Below, in pieces: positions 40,694 through 43,460 of a stretch of 43,460 bases of DNA. Source of the DNA: an uncultured Cyanobium sp. (lineage in GTDB: Bacteria > Cyanobacteriota > Cyanobacteriia > PCC-6307 > Cyanobiaceae); the NCBI GenBank assembly GCA_964396755.1, contig CAYNGR010000001.1, positions 12,898 to 56,357 on the forward strand. Direction: 5' to 3'. A program made the position numbers and the translations under genes. The notes under the pieces are model-generated. The model was given only the letters and a program-made list of their open reading frames with translations, did not search any database and was not told where the DNA came from. Numbering within the stretch: position 1 is the first letter of the stretch; each line of letters starts with the position of its first letter.

Positions 40694-41686
40694 TCAGCTC
40701 AGCGACCCGCCGCAGCTTGAGCCCTTGCCGGCGGTGCAGCCCCAGCAGTGGTCCGCGACCTGGATCGGATCCCCTTCGGGATCCTCGATCAGCAGGTCGC
40801 TCAGTCGGCTGCGGGATCCCCGGCGGCCTGGCAGGGCCTGCGGGTGCAGACCAAGTGCCAGCATCTGGTTGAAATCACAGTCATGCAGGTCCCCGCGCCA
40901 GTCGACACTGATCAGGCTGCGGCACATCACGGCCTCGAGGTTTGAGCTCTGGTGGGCGTCGCGCAGGAGGGTCATGTAGCGATCGTGCTCACCGCTGTGA
41001 CGCAACGCCCCGGCGAAGCGCTGGATCGGCATGTTGGCCAGGGCATAGAGGCGGTTGAACACGACGCCATGCCGTTCAGCTAGCACCCGTTTGTAGTCCC
41101 GTTCCAGCTGCTGCTGCTCGGGAGGCAGCTGCGGCCCCTGGGGGTTGAACACCAGATGCAACTGGAGCGATGACTCGCTCTGTCCGTAGCCCAGGGCATT
41201 GAGTCGCCGCAAGCCGTCGATGCTGCGCGTGAACACCCCATCGCCACGCTGACGATCGACGTTGTCCTCCAGATAGCAGGGCAGGGAGGCGACCACCTGC
41301 ACCCGCTGCTCTGCCAGGAACTCCGCCAGATCCTCCTGCCCGGGTTCACTCAGAATCGTCAGGTTGCAGCGATCGATCACCTCCACCCCGAGCGCCCGGG
41401 CCTGTCGCACCAGCTGCCGGAATCCGGGGTGCAGCTCCGGTGCTCCGCCGGTGATGTCCAGACAGCTCAGCCCGCGTGCCTTAAGAACCGCCGGGATCAG
41501 CGCCAGCGTCTCTGCGTCCATGCTCTCGGTGCGCTGTGGCCCGGCTCCCACGTGACAGTGGCTGCAGCTCTGATTGCAGCGATACCCGAGGTTCACCTGA
41601 AGGGTCGTGAGTGCAGCACGGCGCAGGGCTGGAAACACGGGCTGGCTGCAGGCCGCCGCGGGGCTGAGGGAGAGGCTCTGGCTCAT
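40694..41686 (-). CDS. arsS: ArsS-family radical SAM protein with Cys-rich C-terminus (DUF3641)
   Basis: LQVNLGYRCNQSCSHCHV (CxxxCxxC), DITGGAPEL, ASLPCY, MCR...DCDFNQ and HCWGCTAGKGSSCGG. Confidence 0.92.
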   Translation of the reverse strand: MSQSLSLSPAAACSQPVFPALRRAALTTLQVNLGYRCNQSCSHCHVGAGPQRTESMDAETLALIPAVLKARGLSCLDITGGAPELHPGFRQLVRQARALGVEVIDRCNLTILSEPGQEDLAEFLAEQRVQVVASLPCYLEDNVDRQRGDGVFTRSIDGLRRLNALGYGQSESSLQLHLVFNPQGPQLPPEQQQLERDYKRVLAERHGVVFNRLYALANMPIQRFAGALRHSGEHDRYMTLLRDAHQSSNLEAVMCRSLISVDWRGDLHDCDFNQMLALGLHPQALPGRRGSRSRLSDLLIEDPEGDPIQVADHCWGCTAGKGSSCGGSLS

Positions 41687-42249
41687 GGCGTGAACGGCTG
41701 ACTTCCGCCGCAAGCTCTGATCTCCACCAGGATGCCGCGCCGTGCATCAGCCGTCCGCAGAGCCATGACGCCCCGCCAGGGCTCCAGGTGGCTGCATGCT
41801 GCCGTCGCCGCATGCTGGCCGAGGCGCTGCGGCTCGTGAGCTTCGCCAGCCACGACGGCCCACTGCCCCAGCCCGAACGTCGGCGCGCTAGCCGCATTCC
41901 TGGGCACTCCGGGCGGTCATCGCCCCTCAGGCCAGGTGGTGCGCCTGTTCCACCCCCCAACGCTGCAGCCCGAAGCCATGCTCGCTTCGGCTGCCACCCA
42001 GGAGCTCTCACCAGGCTGATCGCGACCCGGGCATCCTTCCGCTCGCCTGTGAGGTGCTGCACGCGACCACGATGCGTCGATCGTGAATGGCAGCCGATGC
42101 CCTGGCATGTCGGCGCAGTCGCTTGCCGTGCCTGGGCAGATTGCCGCCAACTGGATCCGGGCTTGCAGCGGCCCGGCGGGTGGATCCTGCTCCTGGCCCT
42201 CCCAGGTCGTGGGCCCTGAGCGTCTCCGGCAGGCCCTCCGGTTGAGAGA

Positions 42250-42699
42250 ATGACCTGGATGAGCCTCCACAGTCCCAGCCCCAGCCTCACCGCTTTGAGC
42301 GCCAGCAGCCTGGATCCCCCCAGGGGCTATCGCCCGTTGGCGTGGCTTGGTCTGGTCAGCAACGTGCTGGCCATTCCAATCGGCCTGGTTCTGATTGTTG
42401 CCGATCCGCGCTGGCGCACGGCCCACATCGCTGTCGGGGCCGGCGCGGTGCTCCCCTGTGCCGTGCTGGGGATCATCGCCTCGCTGGCGCTGCTTCAGTG
42501 GCGTCACTGGGGCCAGGTGCTGGCGATCGTGGCCCTGTCGCTGAGTCTCGCCATCGCCCTGCCCTACGGCATCGTCCGTCTGGTGCTGGACCCGGACCAG
42601 CGCACCCTGCTGGCCCTGCTCAGCCCGCTGCTGTGGGTGGTCAACACGGCCATCCTGGTGTTCTGGTGTCGGCCTGCGGTGCGCCGCTACTTGCGTTGA
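42250..42699 (+). CDS. Hypothetical 4-TM membrane protein
   Basis: Four hydrophobic helices and C-terminal RPAVRRYL. Start may be 42259. Confidence 0.8.
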   Translation: MTWMSLHSPSPSLTALSASSLDPPRGYRPLAWLGLVSNVLAIPIGLVLIVADPRWRTAHIAVGAGAVLPCAVLGIIASLALLQWRHWGQVLAIVALSLSLAIALPYGIVRLVLDPDQRTLLALLSPLLWVVNTAILVFWCRPAVRRYLR

Positions 42700-42801
42700 G
42701 CTCAGCCGAGGTTCAGGGCACTTCGAAGGAGATTCTGTAGCGAGGGCGTCATCGGGCCGGACCCGCAGCAGGATTGGATGCGTCTCAGACAGACGAGACC
42801 C

Positions 42802-43460
42802 ATGCCCAGTCCCCAGCGTTTTGCGGCCCTCCAGGCCATTCAGCAACGCCAGCCGGTCTCCACGCCACCGGTCCAGAAGCTCTCCGAGCTCTGGGCCAGC
42901 GACGTCTTCGGCCTCGACAAGATGAAGGCCGCCCTGCCCAAGGAGATCTTCAAATCGGTGCAACGCACCATCCGCGAGGGCAGCAAGCTCGATGTGTCGG
43001 TGGCCAACGTGGTGGCCCAGGCGATGAAGGAGTGGGCTGTCAGCCGCGGCGCCCTCTACTACTCCCACGTCTTCTATCCGCTGACGAACTCCACCGCCGA
43101 GAAGCACGACGGCTTCATCTCGCCCCAGGGTGATGGCAGCGCCATCACCGAGTTCACTGGCAAGCTGCTGGTGCAGGGCGAACCGGACGGTTCCTCCTTC
43201 CCCAATGGCGGCATCCGCTCCACCTTCGAGGCGCGTGGTTACACGGCCTGGGACATCACCAGTCCCGCCTATCTGATGGAGACGCCCAACGGCATCACCC
43301 TCTGCATCCCCACGGTGTTTGTGTCGTGGACCGGTGAGGCGCTCGACAAGAAGACCCCGCTGCTGCGCTCGATCGCGGCGGTGGATCGCCAGGCACGGCG
43401 TCTGCTGGGCCTGCTTGGAGAGAAGGAGATCGCCCCGGTGAATTCCAGCTGCGGCGCTGA
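42802..43460 (+). CDS. glnN: Glutamine synthetase type III, truncated by the window end
   Basis: Not in the ORF track. From ATG 42802: ...[32 protein letters not shown]...[27 protein letters not shown]...[15 protein letters not shown]. Confidence 0.96.
   Translation, partial: MPSPQRFAALQAIQQRQPVSTPPVQKLSELWASDVFGLDKMKAALPKEIFKSVQRTIREGSKLDVSVANVVAQAMKEWAVSRGALYYSHVFYPLTNSTAEKHDGFISPQGDGSAITEFTGKLLVQGEPDGSSFPNGGIRSTFEARGYTAWDITSPAYLMETPNGITLCIPTVFVSWTGEALDKKTPLLRSIAAVDRQARRLLGLLGEKEIAPVNSSCGA

Noticed and set aside
41687-42249. Riboswitch or gene between arsS and the membrane protein
   Set aside because: No cobalamin, SAM or glutamine riboswitch motifs recognised; the ORFs are Arg/Pro-rich noise.

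Overview
GC-rich chromosomal window from a picocyanobacterium, most like Cyanobium or freshwater Synechococcus (acsF, psb30, NdhV/DUF2996, ycf20, GSIII). From left to right it holds: (1) an accessory block with an arylsulfatase, a divergent AraC regulator and a tightly coupled membrane operon (unknown membrane protein, DUF202, BASS symporter, pentapeptide-repeat protein); (2) a core block fmt-pmbA-tldD-acsF-ndhV-ubiX-RNB protein-2x UPF0016-ykgJ-psb30-recJ-cbbY-ycf20-glycerate kinase-rpmF-ftsH; (3) an accessory block with VOC, YbaY/META, 2OG-Fe(II) oxygenase, rhomboid, double-domain aspartyl protease, an atypical LuxR regulator and a CHASE4-GGDEF-EAL protein; (4) xfp-ackA; (5) a ~2.1 kb gene-poor region rich in repeats and hairpins; (6) arsS and the start of glnN. 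I found no CRISPR array, tRNA/rRNA gene or transposase. The best novelty candidates are a putative ~220-nt small transcript with upstream 12-bp repeats and an 18-aa hydrophobic ORF (39561-39857), a structured RNA candidate after psb30, an RNase II/R homolog lacking its catalytic motif, and small ORFs. All calls were made by eye without database searches.
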